Shown here in pieces: positions 9,333-18,102 of a DNA stretch of 64,000 bases. Origin of the DNA: Halobacteria archaeon. Lineage in GTDB: Archaea > Halobacteriota > Syntropharchaeia > JACQPP01. The position numbers and the translations under genes were made by a program. Below the pieces are notes generated by a model. That model searched no databases. It was not told the origin of the DNA and was given only the letters and a program-made list of their open reading frames with translations. The stretch spans positions 856 to 64,855 of the forward strand of contig JAWCQZ010000009.1 of NCBI GenBank assembly GCA_038869515.1, given 5' to 3'. Position 1 is the first letter of the stretch. Every line of letters starts with the position of its first letter.

Positions 9333-9971
9333 ATGACCCCCGCCTCCCGCGTCTCCACCGGCATCCCCCTTCTGGACCTCATCCTCGGCGGGGGCTTCCC
9401 GGGGGGCTCCCTGGTCTGCCTCCTCACCGACTCGATGAGCAACGCGGAGGTCTTCCTCTACCACTTCTCGGGGACCCGGGAGACGGTCTTCTTCGTCACC
9501 GACCAGGGCCCCGAGGAGCAGGAGACCCGGATGAGAGACCTGGGGCTCCAGACCGCTTCCGTCCGCTTCCTCGGCGGGGCCCGGGGGCGCTACCTCATCG
9601 AGCCGGAGATGAAGAAAATCCGGGAGGAGGGGAAGTCCCTGAATATCGTGGTGAACACCTTCTCCTCCTGGGTCGAGACGGCCGAGAGCGCCGAGGGGGT
9701 CCGGAAACTCCTGGCGCGGCTGCGGGAGACGGTGGCGTCCACCGGCAGCGTCGCTCTCCTCTTCTTCTACCGGGGGACCCACCCCAAGGATATCGAGAAC
9801 CTGGTGGTGAACTCCTGCGACGTCGTCATGAGCATCGAGTCCCGGATGGAGGCCCGCGGCCTCGAGACCACTCTGAGCATCCCCAAAATCCGGGGCATGA
9901 GCCCCATCCAGAGCCTGCGGGTCGTCGTGGGCGAGCGCATCGTGATTGACACGACCCGGCAGATCGCCTGA
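9333..9971 (+). CDS. KaiC-like ATPase with degenerate Walker A (probably inactive)
   Basis: STGIPLLDLILGGGFPGGS, but TDSMSNAE in place of GxxGxGKT; C-terminal PKIRG..DT.R.IA. Confidence 0.8.
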   Translation: MTPASRVSTGIPLLDLILGGGFPGGSLVCLLTDSMSNAEVFLYHFSGTRETVFFVTDQGPEEQETRMRDLGLQTASVRFLGGARGRYLIEPEMKKIREEGKSLNIVVNTFSSWVETAESAEGVRKLLARLRETVASTGSVALLFFYRGTHPKDIENLVVNSCDVVMSIESRMEARGLETTLSIPKIRGMSPIQSLRVVVGERIVIDTTRQIA

Positions 9972-10001
9972 TCGCCGCCGCGGGGGAGCCGCCCCGGCGC
10001 G

Positions 10002-12098
10002 CTACGTGAACAGCGCGTGGGGAATCGCCATGGCCAGGCGGGCCGGGAACCACTCCACCGGCTCCCGGAAGGTCTCGTAGAGGTTCGACGCGACGACGGC
10101 TCCGCCGGGGGAGCGGAGGCTCGCCCGGATTTCGGCCCCGGGAGCGACCTCCCACTCGAACTCCCCTGCGCGCCCGGAGCCGTCCGCCGGAGCCCCGACG
10201 GGGACCTCCCAACGGAGGCCTCCGGGCCCTTCGGCGACGAGGGCGCCCCGGAACGGCGCGGAGGTGTCGTTGAGGGCCCACGCGACGGCCCGCAGGCGGC
10301 CCTTCCGGAAGCGCCACTCCAAACTCGGCAGAAGGGGCTGGCACGACTCCCGGACCGCGTCGAAGGCCCGTTTCCTCTCCCCGGAGTGTTCGACGACGCT
10401 CCACGAGACGCAGGGCCACGGCTCGTTCCACATCCACAGGGCGAGGCCCCCGCAGGGGTGGTCCGGGTCGTCCTTCCGCCGCCGGTGGTGCTCAATCGCC
10501 ATCTTGAGATAAGCGGCCTGGGCGCGCTGGCTGGCGTCCACATGCTCTTCGAGGGCCGGGTGCTTCGCCTTGAGGAAGACCCGCACGTAGCGGTTGAGTT
10601 TCAGCATCGATGCCTTGTGGAACCTCCACCCCGGCCCGGGCGGCCACGGATTGGACAGCATCCGCTTCATGGTCCCGACGGACGGGCACGCCTGGAGGCC
10701 GAACTCGCTGACGAATGGGGCCGTGTTCCGCTTGCAGGCCTGCAGGGGCGCGAGCATGTGCCAGACGTTCCAGTCGTGGACGTCGCCGTGGCGGGGAGAG
10801 GAGGGGTGGTACGGGCGGGTGGGGTCGAAGGCCCGCACCGTCTCCTCGAGGGCGCGGAACAGCCGGGCGTTGCGCCACGCGCTGTACTCGTTCCCCCCGC
10901 ACCAGAGGAAGAGGCTCGGGTGGTTCCGCAGCTCCCGGACGATGCCGGCAGCCTCCTGCCGCGCCAGATCGCAGAAGGCCCGCGACTGCTCGTAGGTCTT
11001 GCAGGCGAAGGGGAGGTCCTGCCAGACGAGGAGGCCGAGGCGGTCGCAGAGGTCGTAGAAGAGCCGTGGTTCCCGGAGGCCGCCGCCCCAGACGCGGAGG
11101 AAGTTGATGTTGGCGTCGCGGGCGGCCCGGAGCAGTTCTTCGTAGCGCTTTTCGTCGAGCCGCAGGAGGCTGTCGGGGGGCACCCAGTTGGCGCCCCGGA
11201 GGAACTCGCGGCGGCCGTTGACCTTGAACGACCAGAGGCTCTTCCCCGGGCCTTCGGGCCGCAGGGGCGTCCGCTCAACGGTCCGGAGGCCGACCGGGAC
11301 CTCCACAGCGTCCGAGTCTTCGAGAGCGACGCGGAGGGCGTGGAGGGCCGGTTCACCGCGGTCCCAGGGGTCCCAGGGGCCGAGTCCCGCGGTCGGAAGG
11401 TGGAGGATGCTCCACCCCCCGGGCGCGCACGTGGCGGCGGGGAGCCCCGCCACGGAAGCCCGGAGGGTCCGCGGGCCGGGGGGCCCCTCGACCCGGAGCT
11501 CTACCCGCAGCCCCCGCCCGTCCGAGGCCGCGAACAGGTCGGCGATGCGGGCGGGGCCGGTCTCGAAGAGGGTCACTTCGTCCCAGAGGCCGCTGGTCAC
11601 GATTCGCGGCGCGAAGTCCCACCGGTAGCCGAACTGCGCCTTCAGCGCCCGGCGGCGCTTCCGGGGCGGAGGGTCCAGACGGACCGCCAGAAGATTCTCC
11701 GGCCGGAGGTGCGGGGCGATGTCGAACTCGACGGGAGAGAACATCCCGACGTGGCGCCCGAGCCGTTCGCCGTTGAGCCAGAACTCCGCGTCGCAGTCCA
11801 CCCCCGCGAACCGGAGCCAGAGGCGGCGGCCGGGAGCGACGGAGGCCGTAAAACGGACCCGGTACCACCACTCCCGGAGCGCGGTGGGCTCCAGGAGGCG
11901 GGCGTTCTCGTCCCGGTACGGGTCGGGGAGGAGGCCCGCCTCGACCAGCGCCGCCTGGACCGTCCCGGGAACCCGGGCGGGGATTCCGCCGGGCGGGTCG
12001 CTGTCGGGGAGGTGCGCCCCCGCCTCCAGGCCTCTTCCGGGCTCGAACCCGTGGAGGGTCCAGGGGCCGTCGAGGGGGCGCGCGTCGGGCCGGAGCAC
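10002..12098 (-). CDS. Glycoside hydrolase family 2, beta-mannosidase-like
   Basis: KAQFGYRWDFAPR, RGANWVP, NFLRVWGGG, CDRLGLLVWQD, RNHPSL..WCGGNE, SEFG. Confidence 0.9.
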   Translation of the reverse strand: MLRPDARPLDGPWTLHGFEPGRGLEAGAHLPDSDPPGGIPARVPGTVQAALVEAGLLPDPYRDENARLLEPTALREWWYRVRFTASVAPGRRLWLRFAGVDCDAEFWLNGERLGRHVGMFSPVEFDIAPHLRPENLLAVRLDPPPRKRRRALKAQFGYRWDFAPRIVTSGLWDEVTLFETGPARIADLFAASDGRGLRVELRVEGPPGPRTLRASVAGLPAATCAPGGWSILHLPTAGLGPWDPWDRGEPALHALRVALEDSDAVEVPVGLRTVERTPLRPEGPGKSLWSFKVNGRREFLRGANWVPPDSLLRLDEKRYEELLRAARDANINFLRVWGGGLREPRLFYDLCDRLGLLVWQDLPFACKTYEQSRAFCDLARQEAAGIVRELRNHPSLFLWCGGNEYSAWRNARLFRALEETVRAFDPTRPYHPSSPRHGDVHDWNVWHMLAPLQACKRNTAPFVSEFGLQACPSVGTMKRMLSNPWPPGPGWRFHKASMLKLNRYVRVFLKAKHPALEEHVDASQRAQAAYLKMAIEHHRRRKDDPDHPCGGLALWMWNEPWPCVSWSVVEHSGERKRAFDAVRESCQPLLPSLEWRFRKGRLRAVAWALNDTSAPFRGALVAEGPGGLRWEVPVGAPADGSGRAGEFEWEVAPGAEIRASLRSPGGAVVASNLYETFREPVEWFPARLAMAIPHALFT

Positions 12099-12147
12099 GG
12101 TCCAGGCTTGTCGGGATTCATTAAAGGGTTGAGTCCCCTCTGGACGG

Positions 12148-12576
12148 ATGGCCGGGCAAGGAGCGCGCGAAGGCCCCTACGAGTGGCTCGGCCTGCTGGA
12201 CGGAGCCCTCCTGACCGAGTTCCACGACATCGCCGCCACCCGGGGGCGCCTCGACCGGCCGGGCGTGCGCAACCGGGCGGCCCTCGACCACCTGGCCTCC
12301 CATCTCCGCGCGATGGGCGTCGAGACGAAGCCCCCGGAGGCCATCGCGGCCTACGCCATGTGGTATGTGGTCATGGAGCAGGTCTTCTGGGACGGCAACC
12401 ACCGGACCGCGGAGACCCTCGGGCTCTACATCCTCAAACTCTTCGACTACGACCTGGGGGCGGAGGAGGTCGAACTGGCCCGGTTCGTGCGCTCCATCGA
12501 CCTCCAGGGGCTCCAACCCGACGAAATCCGGAAGTGGCTCCGGAAGAAGATGGTCCGCGCCGAGGAGCCGACGTGA
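12148..12576 (+). CDS. Fic/Doc-family protein with degenerate motif
   Basis: QVFWDGNHRTA versus canonical HPFxDGNKRTA; H...G..GVR N-terminal Doc pattern. Confidence 0.75.
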   Translation: MAGQGAREGPYEWLGLLDGALLTEFHDIAATRGRLDRPGVRNRAALDHLASHLRAMGVETKPPEAIAAYAMWYVVMEQVFWDGNHRTAETLGLYILKLFDYDLGAEEVELARFVRSIDLQGLQPDEIRKWLRKKMVRAEEPT

Positions 12577-12762
12577 CTACTCTTTGTGGTCCCCGAGCAG
12601 TTCGAGAGACTCTTCGTGGCGTTTGACGATGCCACGGACCAGCCGCCGGGAGAGGTTGCAGAACAGCGCCTTCTTCCGCGCCTCCAGCATGGCCAGACGC
12701 TCCCCGAGCCGCGCGCGCGTGGGGTTTCGGGCCTCTCCGGAACCCGCCTCGTTGACTTCCAT
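12577..12762 (-). CDS. Small protein, possible Doc antitoxin-like
   Basis: 61 aa ending IVKRHEESLELLG; abuts the Fic/Doc stop; divergent from the ABC ATPase. Confidence 0.4.
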   Translation of the reverse strand: MEVNEAGSGEARNPTRARLGERLAMLEARKKALFCNLSRRLVRGIVKRHEESLELLGDHKE

Positions 12763-12813
12763 CCCCAATCCTCCGGCGGCGAAGGATAAAAAGCCGCTCC
12801 CCGGAAGGGCCCC

Positions 12814-13773
12814 ATGGACGCCATCCGGGCCACGGGGCTCCTCAAACGCTACGGGGGCGGGACCGCCCTCGACGGCCTCGACCTCGAGGTCCCCGAGGGG
12901 CGGGTCTTCGGCCTCCTGGGGCCGAACGGAGCGGGCAAGACCACGTTTCTCGCGGTCTGCTCCGGCCTCCTGAAGCCCGACGGGGGGCGGGTGGAGGTGC
13001 TCGGCCTCGACCCGGTCCGGGAGGGGCGCAAGGTCCGCTCCCTCCTCAACCTCTGCAGCGGCCACGCCAACTTCCTCTGGAACCTGCGGGTCGAGGAGAT
13101 TCTCCGGTATTACGCCATGCTCTACTCGGTCCCGCGGGCGGAGCGGGAGGCGCGCATCTCCCTCCTCGTGGAGCAATTGGAGTTGGGGCCCTGGCGGAGG
13201 GCCCGCTTCGACACCCTGAGCACCGGCGCCAAGCAGCGGCTGGCGGTGGCGAAGGCGCTGGTGAACCGGCCGAGGCTCCTCCTGCTTGACGAGCCCACTC
13301 TGGGCCTCGACCCCGACATCAGCCGCAAGGTCCGGGCCTACCTGAAGCGACTGCGGGCGGCGGGCGGCACGACCATGGTCGTCACCTCCCACAACATGGC
13401 GGAAATCGAGGAGTTGTGCGACGAGGTGGCGTTCATCCGGAAGGGCAGGGTCGTCGCGCGAGGCTCGCCGGAGGAGTTGAAGCGGCAGTTCAAGTTCCGC
13501 TACTGCGTCACCCTGGGGGTCGAGGGGGGTCCGGCCTTCCTCGACCTGCCGGTCGAACATGTGCGGGAGGGGGCGAGGCCCCCGACCCACCCCGTTTCCG
13601 TCTCGGAACACGAGGGTCGGGGGCCGAGAGTGCTGAAGTTCGAGGTGGAGAGGCTGGAGAGGCTCGGGGAGGTGGTGACCCGCCTCGCGCAGAAGGGGGC
13701 CTCCATCCGCGAAATCCGGGTGGAGGAGCCGGACTTGGAGGAGGTGTTCATGGAGTTGGCGAAGGGGGGATGA
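12814..13773 (+). CDS. ABC-2 exporter ATP-binding subunit
   Basis: GPNGAGKTT, LSTG signature, LLLDEPT, TSH, C-terminal EPDLEEVF. Confidence 0.92.
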   Translation: MDAIRATGLLKRYGGGTALDGLDLEVPEGRVFGLLGPNGAGKTTFLAVCSGLLKPDGGRVEVLGLDPVREGRKVRSLLNLCSGHANFLWNLRVEEILRYYAMLYSVPRAEREARISLLVEQLELGPWRRARFDTLSTGAKQRLAVAKALVNRPRLLLLDEPTLGLDPDISRKVRAYLKRLRAAGGTTMVVTSHNMAEIEELCDEVAFIRKGRVVARGSPEELKRQFKFRYCVTLGVEGGPAFLDLPVEHVREGARPPTHPVSVSEHEGRGPRVLKFEVERLERLGEVVTRLAQKGASIREIRVEEPDLEEVFMELAKGG

Positions 13774-13804
13774 TGCGAATGTTCCAGGGAGGTTCGGGGT
13801 CTCT

Positions 13805-13955
13805 CGTCGGGCCGCGCGCTCTTAAACCGCCCACGAACTCTCACATTGCGAAACGAAAACGGAGTGAGTTCGGGGCGGTTTGCCCTATTCGGCGCTCGCT
13901 TCGCTCGCTCCTCGCCGGCGGCTGTGACCTCTGGGTATTTTCTCGGAGTTCACAG
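13805..13955. repeat. Intergenic palindromic repeat
   Basis: AAACCGCCC..GAACTC / GAGTTC..GGGCGGTTT stem; CGGGCCGCGCGCTC and CTATTCG shared with 8970-9000; CGCTCGCTTCGCTCGC. Confidence 0.6.
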
Positions 13956-13984
13956 TTAGAGCATAGAGGGGGTGCCTGAATCCA

Positions 13985-14757
13985 TGTCCCTCACCCCCCT
14001 CCTGGGCTTCGCCTACCGCAACTGGCTCGTCGTCCGCCGGAACGTCTTCACCCTCTTCGAACTGCTCTTCTGGCCCTTCTTCGGGATGGCGGCAGTGGGC
14101 ATCCTCGCCTCCGCCGCCGACCTGAGCGAGGCGTTCCTCGCCGTCCTGCTCACCGGCGCCATCGCGGTCAGCGTCCTCCAGGTGGCGCAGATCGACGTCG
14201 CCTACGTCCTCCTATTCGACGCCTGGGGGAAGAGCCTCAAGCACACCTTCCTCGCCCCGGTGGAGGCGCGCCACTACGTGGCGGGGGCCTGGCTCGTGGG
14301 GGCCCTCCGGGGCCTCGCGGTATTCGCCGGGCTCGCCCTCTTCGCAGCGGCCGCCTTCGGGCTCGACCTCGGGAGGCCGGGAGCCGCGGGCTGGGGGCTC
14401 TTCCTCGCGGGCCTTCTCCTCGACGCCGCCGCCCTCGGGGCGCTCACCTGCGCCCTGCTGCTCCTCTTCGGCCTCCGGGCGGAGGTCGCGGCGTGGAGCC
14501 TGAGTTTGCTCATGGTGTTCCTCTCGGGCTTCTACGCGCCCGCGTCGGCCTACCCGGGGCTGCTCTACGACCTCTCCCGGGCGCTTCCCACCAGCCACCT
14601 GCTCGAATACATCCGGGGGTTCTACGGCGGGTCGCCGGGGGACATCGCCCTGGGCCTGGGGCTGTCGCTGCTGCTCCTGCTCCTCTCCGGGCTCGCGCTG
14701 CGGGGAGCGACGGAGAGGGCGAAGAGAACGGGGATGGTGCTGAAACTCTCGGAATGA
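13985..14757 (+). CDS. ABC-2 transporter permease
   Basis: About six hydrophobic segments, SGFYAP..YP motif, follows the ABC ATPase; start position approximate. Confidence 0.85.
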
Positions 14758-14830
14758 TATCGAACTCGACGGCCCCTGGGCGAGGGGGGCGGGCAGATTC
14801 TCCGCACCGGCCTGGCCCTCTCCGCCGTCA

Positions 14831-14947
14831 CAAGAATTTTCGCTGCGCGAACATTCTTAAAAGGCCCGCCGGCGGACGCCCCGGCCTTCAGGCCGGGGCG
14901 TCGCAGAACTCGCGCGAGCGCAGCGAGCGCGAGTTCTGTCACGGGCC
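14831..14947. repeat. Multi-hairpin element with IS200/IS605-end-like palindrome
   Basis: Perfect GACGCCCCGGCC-TTCA-GGCCGGGGCGTC (14875-14902) and CAGAACTCGCGC...GCGCGAGTTCTG (14904-14938). Confidence 0.65.
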
Positions 14948-14996
14948 GCGCATTCAAAGTGGAGTCCCGGGGAGAGGTGTCCAGGGTCTCCGCAGA

Positions 14997-16571
14997 CTAG
15001 GAGCGGCGGCGCCGGGCGGCAAGTCCGACCAGCAGCAGGGCCGCCGCCGCGAAGACCGCTTCGAACCCGGGGGGCTCGGGGGTCGGAGTGGGCGCCGCGG
15101 TCGGGGGCGGGCTCACCAGCTTGACCTCCCAGGTGGTCTCCCGGCCCGCCGCCTGCTGGGGGACGCTCTTCTCCGGAATCTCCTGCGTGGACCGGTCCGC
15201 CGTCGAGGAGGAGGCCTGCCCCTCGGGCGCCAGGGTGACGTTGAGGCGGGTGAGGTTGTCGGCGGTGAGGTTGAGGGTAGCGGTGTAGGCGCTGAAGCCG
15301 GAGAGGGCCACCCGGAGGGTGTGGTTCCCCGCGCTGAGGCTCAGGGTGGTGGGGGCCGTCCCCAGGGAGCCGCCGTCCACGAAAATCTCTGCCCCGGGGG
15401 GGACCGAATTGACCTCGAGGGCCGCCGGGTATGCCAGGCGGCTGAGGTTGACGGAGAGGTTGGCCTGGCCGCCGAAGGGCACCACGACCGTGACCGGAAT
15501 CTCCCCGAGAGTGGAGTTGTTCACCACGACCCGGTGGGGGCCCGGGAAGATTTCAATCTGCAGAGGGGTCGTGCCGCGGGCCCGGTCGTCCACGGACACG
15601 GTCCCGTCTGGAGTGGAGGTGACGTTGAGGAAACTCGGAACCACGGCGCCGAGGTCATACACGACCAAGCGCCGTTGCTTCAGGGCCGCCGCCAGGTAGC
15701 GGCCGTCCGGGGTGAGGGCGATGAAAGAGGCGTCGCCCCCGAGGGAGGGGGCCTTCAGGAGGTTCCCATAGATGTCCCGGAGGACCACGTCGGCCGCCGT
15801 CGAGGCGGCGAAGATGGTCGGGGAGGCGCGGACCAGGACCGGGGCCGACGCGGCGGAGCCCCGGAAACGAAGTTGCTGCCCCCCGGGGCGGTCGTAAATG
15901 TAGGTCCCGTCACTGAGACCGATCAGCACCGCGTCGCCCGAAACGGCGATGCTAACCTGCTCGCGCTTCTGGGCGACGGTGACAAGGTCGCCGTAGGAAA
16001 CGGTGCGGGACTCGGCTCCGGCGGGGGTCCAGAGCGTGGCCGATTCGGGACCCAGGGTCGCCGCATAGCCGTCGTCGCGGATGGCGGCCGACGTCTTCTG
16101 GAACCCGATGTCCTTGTTCCAGACGGTGGCGCCGTCTTTGTCCCGGACCTCCACGTAGCGCTCCTGGGCGATGACCATCCGGCTCCCGTCGGGGGTAATC
16201 TCCACGGAGCGGATGGGCCGGGTGGTGGCGGAGGTCAAACGGAGTTCCCCGGCAGAGTCGTAGAGGTATATCTTCTCCCGGGTCGCGGCAAGGACCCACG
16301 GCCCCCGCGGGATGTCGGGCCCGGTGATGGAAACGCCGACGAGGGAGAGGAGCGGTTTGCTCCAGAGGGGCTTTCGCTCGCCATCCAAGAGGGTCACCCC
16401 TTGGACGGTGGCCAATGCGATGTGCCCCGCCCCCTGGGAGACGGCCACGGCGACGGGGTCGCCCTCGAAGAGGTAATCGCCGACGTATCTCGGCTCCCGG
16501 GCCTGGGCCATCCCGGCCGCCGGCAGGAGCAGGAGGGCGAGAAGCAGGAACGGGACGGCACGAGATGCCAT
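14997..16571 (-). CDS. Cell-surface protein: beta-propeller + two PEGA domains + PGF-CTERM sorting signal
   Basis: Signal peptide; STPDGTVSVD..GTTP and SVPPGAEIFVDG..GTAP; Pro/Thr linker; PGF + TM + RRRR. Confidence 0.85.
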   Translation of the reverse strand: MASRAVPFLLLALLLLPAAGMAQAREPRYVGDYLFEGDPVAVAVSQGAGHIALATVQGVTLLDGERKPLWSKPLLSLVGVSITGPDIPRGPWVLAATREKIYLYDSAGELRLTSATTRPIRSVEITPDGSRMVIAQERYVEVRDKDGATVWNKDIGFQKTSAAIRDDGYAATLGPESATLWTPAGAESRTVSYGDLVTVAQKREQVSIAVSGDAVLIGLSDGTYIYDRPGGQQLRFRGSAASAPVLVRASPTIFAASTAADVVLRDIYGNLLKAPSLGGDASFIALTPDGRYLAAALKQRRLVVYDLGAVVPSFLNVTSTPDGTVSVDDRARGTTPLQIEIFPGPHRVVVNNSTLGEIPVTVVVPFGGQANLSVNLSRLAYPAALEVNSVPPGAEIFVDGGSLGTAPTTLSLSAGNHTLRVALSGFSAYTATLNLTADNLTRLNVTLAPEGQASSSTADRSTQEIPEKSVPQQAAGRETTWEVKLVSPPPTAAPTPTPEPPGFEAVFAAAALLLVGLAARRRRS

Positions 16572-16618
16572 GGGCTTTGAACGCGGGACGGGGGTTTTTA
16601 AACCATCGCACCGGGGCT

Positions 16619-17293
16619 TCAGGCAGCCTTGACTATCTGCGCCTTGGTGTAGGCCGCAAGACCTCCGGTCCAGAGAATCCGCTCCAGGAGCGGGTCCTCC
16701 AGGGGCCCGAATGACCAACGGCCCCGCAGGGAAAAAGCGACAGAGCGCTCCTTCCCGCCTTCCCGGAAGCGCAGACCCGGCGTCGCCCCCTCGGCCCGGA
16801 CGCCAAGGAACCGCTCGGGGGAGGCTGCGGGGCCCTCGGGGCGGAAGACCTCGACGGTCCCGCCCTTCCTCTCCTCGTAGCGGACCCTGGCCAGGTCGCC
16901 CGTCTCGGCCCGGACCTCGAGCAGGGTGACCGGGGGCAGGCCGTTGTAGATGGAGTTGGTGCGGAAGATGCGGGCGAAGGACTTCGCCACCACGCAGGAG
17001 ACGCCCAGGCCCTTCAGTGCGCGGGGGGCGTGCTCCCGGGAGGAGCCCTTGCCGAAGTTGTGCCCCTCGACGAGGATGGCGGAGGTCCCGGTCTCGGAGA
17101 CCCACTTGCGGACCTCCGGCACGAAATTCGGGTGGACCAGTTTGAACGCGTGCTGGGCCAGAAACGCGGGGTCGAAGGAGGTGATGTAGGCGGCGGGAAT
17201 AATCTGGTCGGTGTCGATGTCGTCGAGCCCCTTGTCGGCTTGCTTGTGGGTGAGGCACCAGACGCGACCGATGAACTCGTGGACTTCGGGCAT
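16619..17293 (-). CDS. leuD: 3-isopropylmalate dehydratase / homoaconitase small subunit
   Basis: DDIDTDQIIPA, NFGKGSSREHA, KSFARIFRTN. Confidence 0.85.
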   Translation of the reverse strand: MPEVHEFIGRVWCLTHKQADKGLDDIDTDQIIPAAYITSFDPAFLAQHAFKLVHPNFVPEVRKWVSETGTSAILVEGHNFGKGSSREHAPRALKGLGVSCVVAKSFARIFRTNSIYNGLPPVTLLEVRAETGDLARVRYEERKGGTVEVFRPEGPAASPERFLGVRAEGATPGLRFREGGKERSVAFSLRGRWSFGPLEDPLLERILWTGGLAAYTKAQIVKAA

Positions 17294-17347
17294 CGGCAGG
17301 GCTGTTTCGGATGAGAAGAAAGAGGTTACGGGTTCCTGCAGGAGCCG

Positions 17348-17420
17348 AAATGGCACTCGTATGGATGGCAAGGGCCGCAGCGCGACGGCGGGGCCCGGGC
17401 TCGCCTTGCGGCTCCCGCAG
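17348..17420. repeat. Partial copy of the 9 kb palindromic repeat (reverse orientation)
   Basis: 17368-17392 is the exact 25-nt reverse complement of 9085-9109; AAATGGCAC at 17348. Confidence 0.65.
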
Positions 17421-17422
17421 GA

Positions 17423-17836
17423 TCATACCCCCTCGGCCCTCGTAATGTCCTGGACTCCGTCGAATCCGCTGTCGAAGGAGAGGATGGTCCGGAGGCCGCG
17501 GTCCTTCATGGCGGCCACCGAGGCCGCGTCGGTGAAACTGAGCCGCGGGTATCTTTCGAAGAAGTGGTAGGCGGCCTGGAAAAGGGCCGAGTCCACATCG
17601 AGGATGGTGACGTGGGGGGAGTCCAAGAGAGCCCGGGCCGCGTCCATCGAGGGGCGGACGCCCACCTTCCGGCGAAGATAGGTCACGACCTCGCCGTAGA
17701 TGCAGTCGGTGACGACTGCCCTGGCTTTTCCGGAGCCGATGGCGCGGAGGATGGGGGCTGCCCCCGGGTGGTATCGGTCTCGGGAGTTGAAGCCGCCAAT
17801 CCAGACGCCGGAGTCCACCAGGTAGGCCTCAACCAT
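17423..17836 (-). CDS. vapC: PIN-domain VapC toxin
   Basis: LVDSGVW, E, LSFTDA.S, SFD.GFD. Confidence 0.9.
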   Translation of the reverse strand: MVEAYLVDSGVWIGGFNSRDRYHPGAAPILRAIGSGKARAVVTDCIYGEVVTYLRRKVGVRPSMDAARALLDSPHVTILDVDSALFQAAYHFFERYPRLSFTDAASVAAMKDRGLRTILSFDSGFDGVQDITRAEGV

Positions 17837-18071
17837 TCACAACGGCGTCCAATTCCGCTGTGGCATCGGTCCTCGTCCGGGAGGCAAGTTTTCCGACGAG
17901 CCCCAAGAGGGGGTCCCGGGAGACATTTTTTCGGAACCTGACGAACAGGTCACCCCCAACAAGGGTCCACACGACCCGGTCCTCGGGGCCTACATCCCAC
18001 CGCATCCGGACTCTGGCGGGAAGGGCGGTCTGGAAGCCCCGGGAAACCTTGGTTTCAATGAGTTCAGCCAT
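17829..18071 (-). CDS. AbrB/MazE-type antitoxin
   Basis: TKVSRGFQTALPARVR....GPED.V.W; overlaps vapC start. Confidence 0.85.
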   Translation of the reverse strand: MAELIETKVSRGFQTALPARVRMRWDVGPEDRVVWTLVGGDLFVRFRKNVSRDPLLGLVGKLASRTRTDATAELDAVVNG

Positions 18072-18102
18072 AGTTCATGTTTCTATTGAATTCTCAAATG
18101 AT

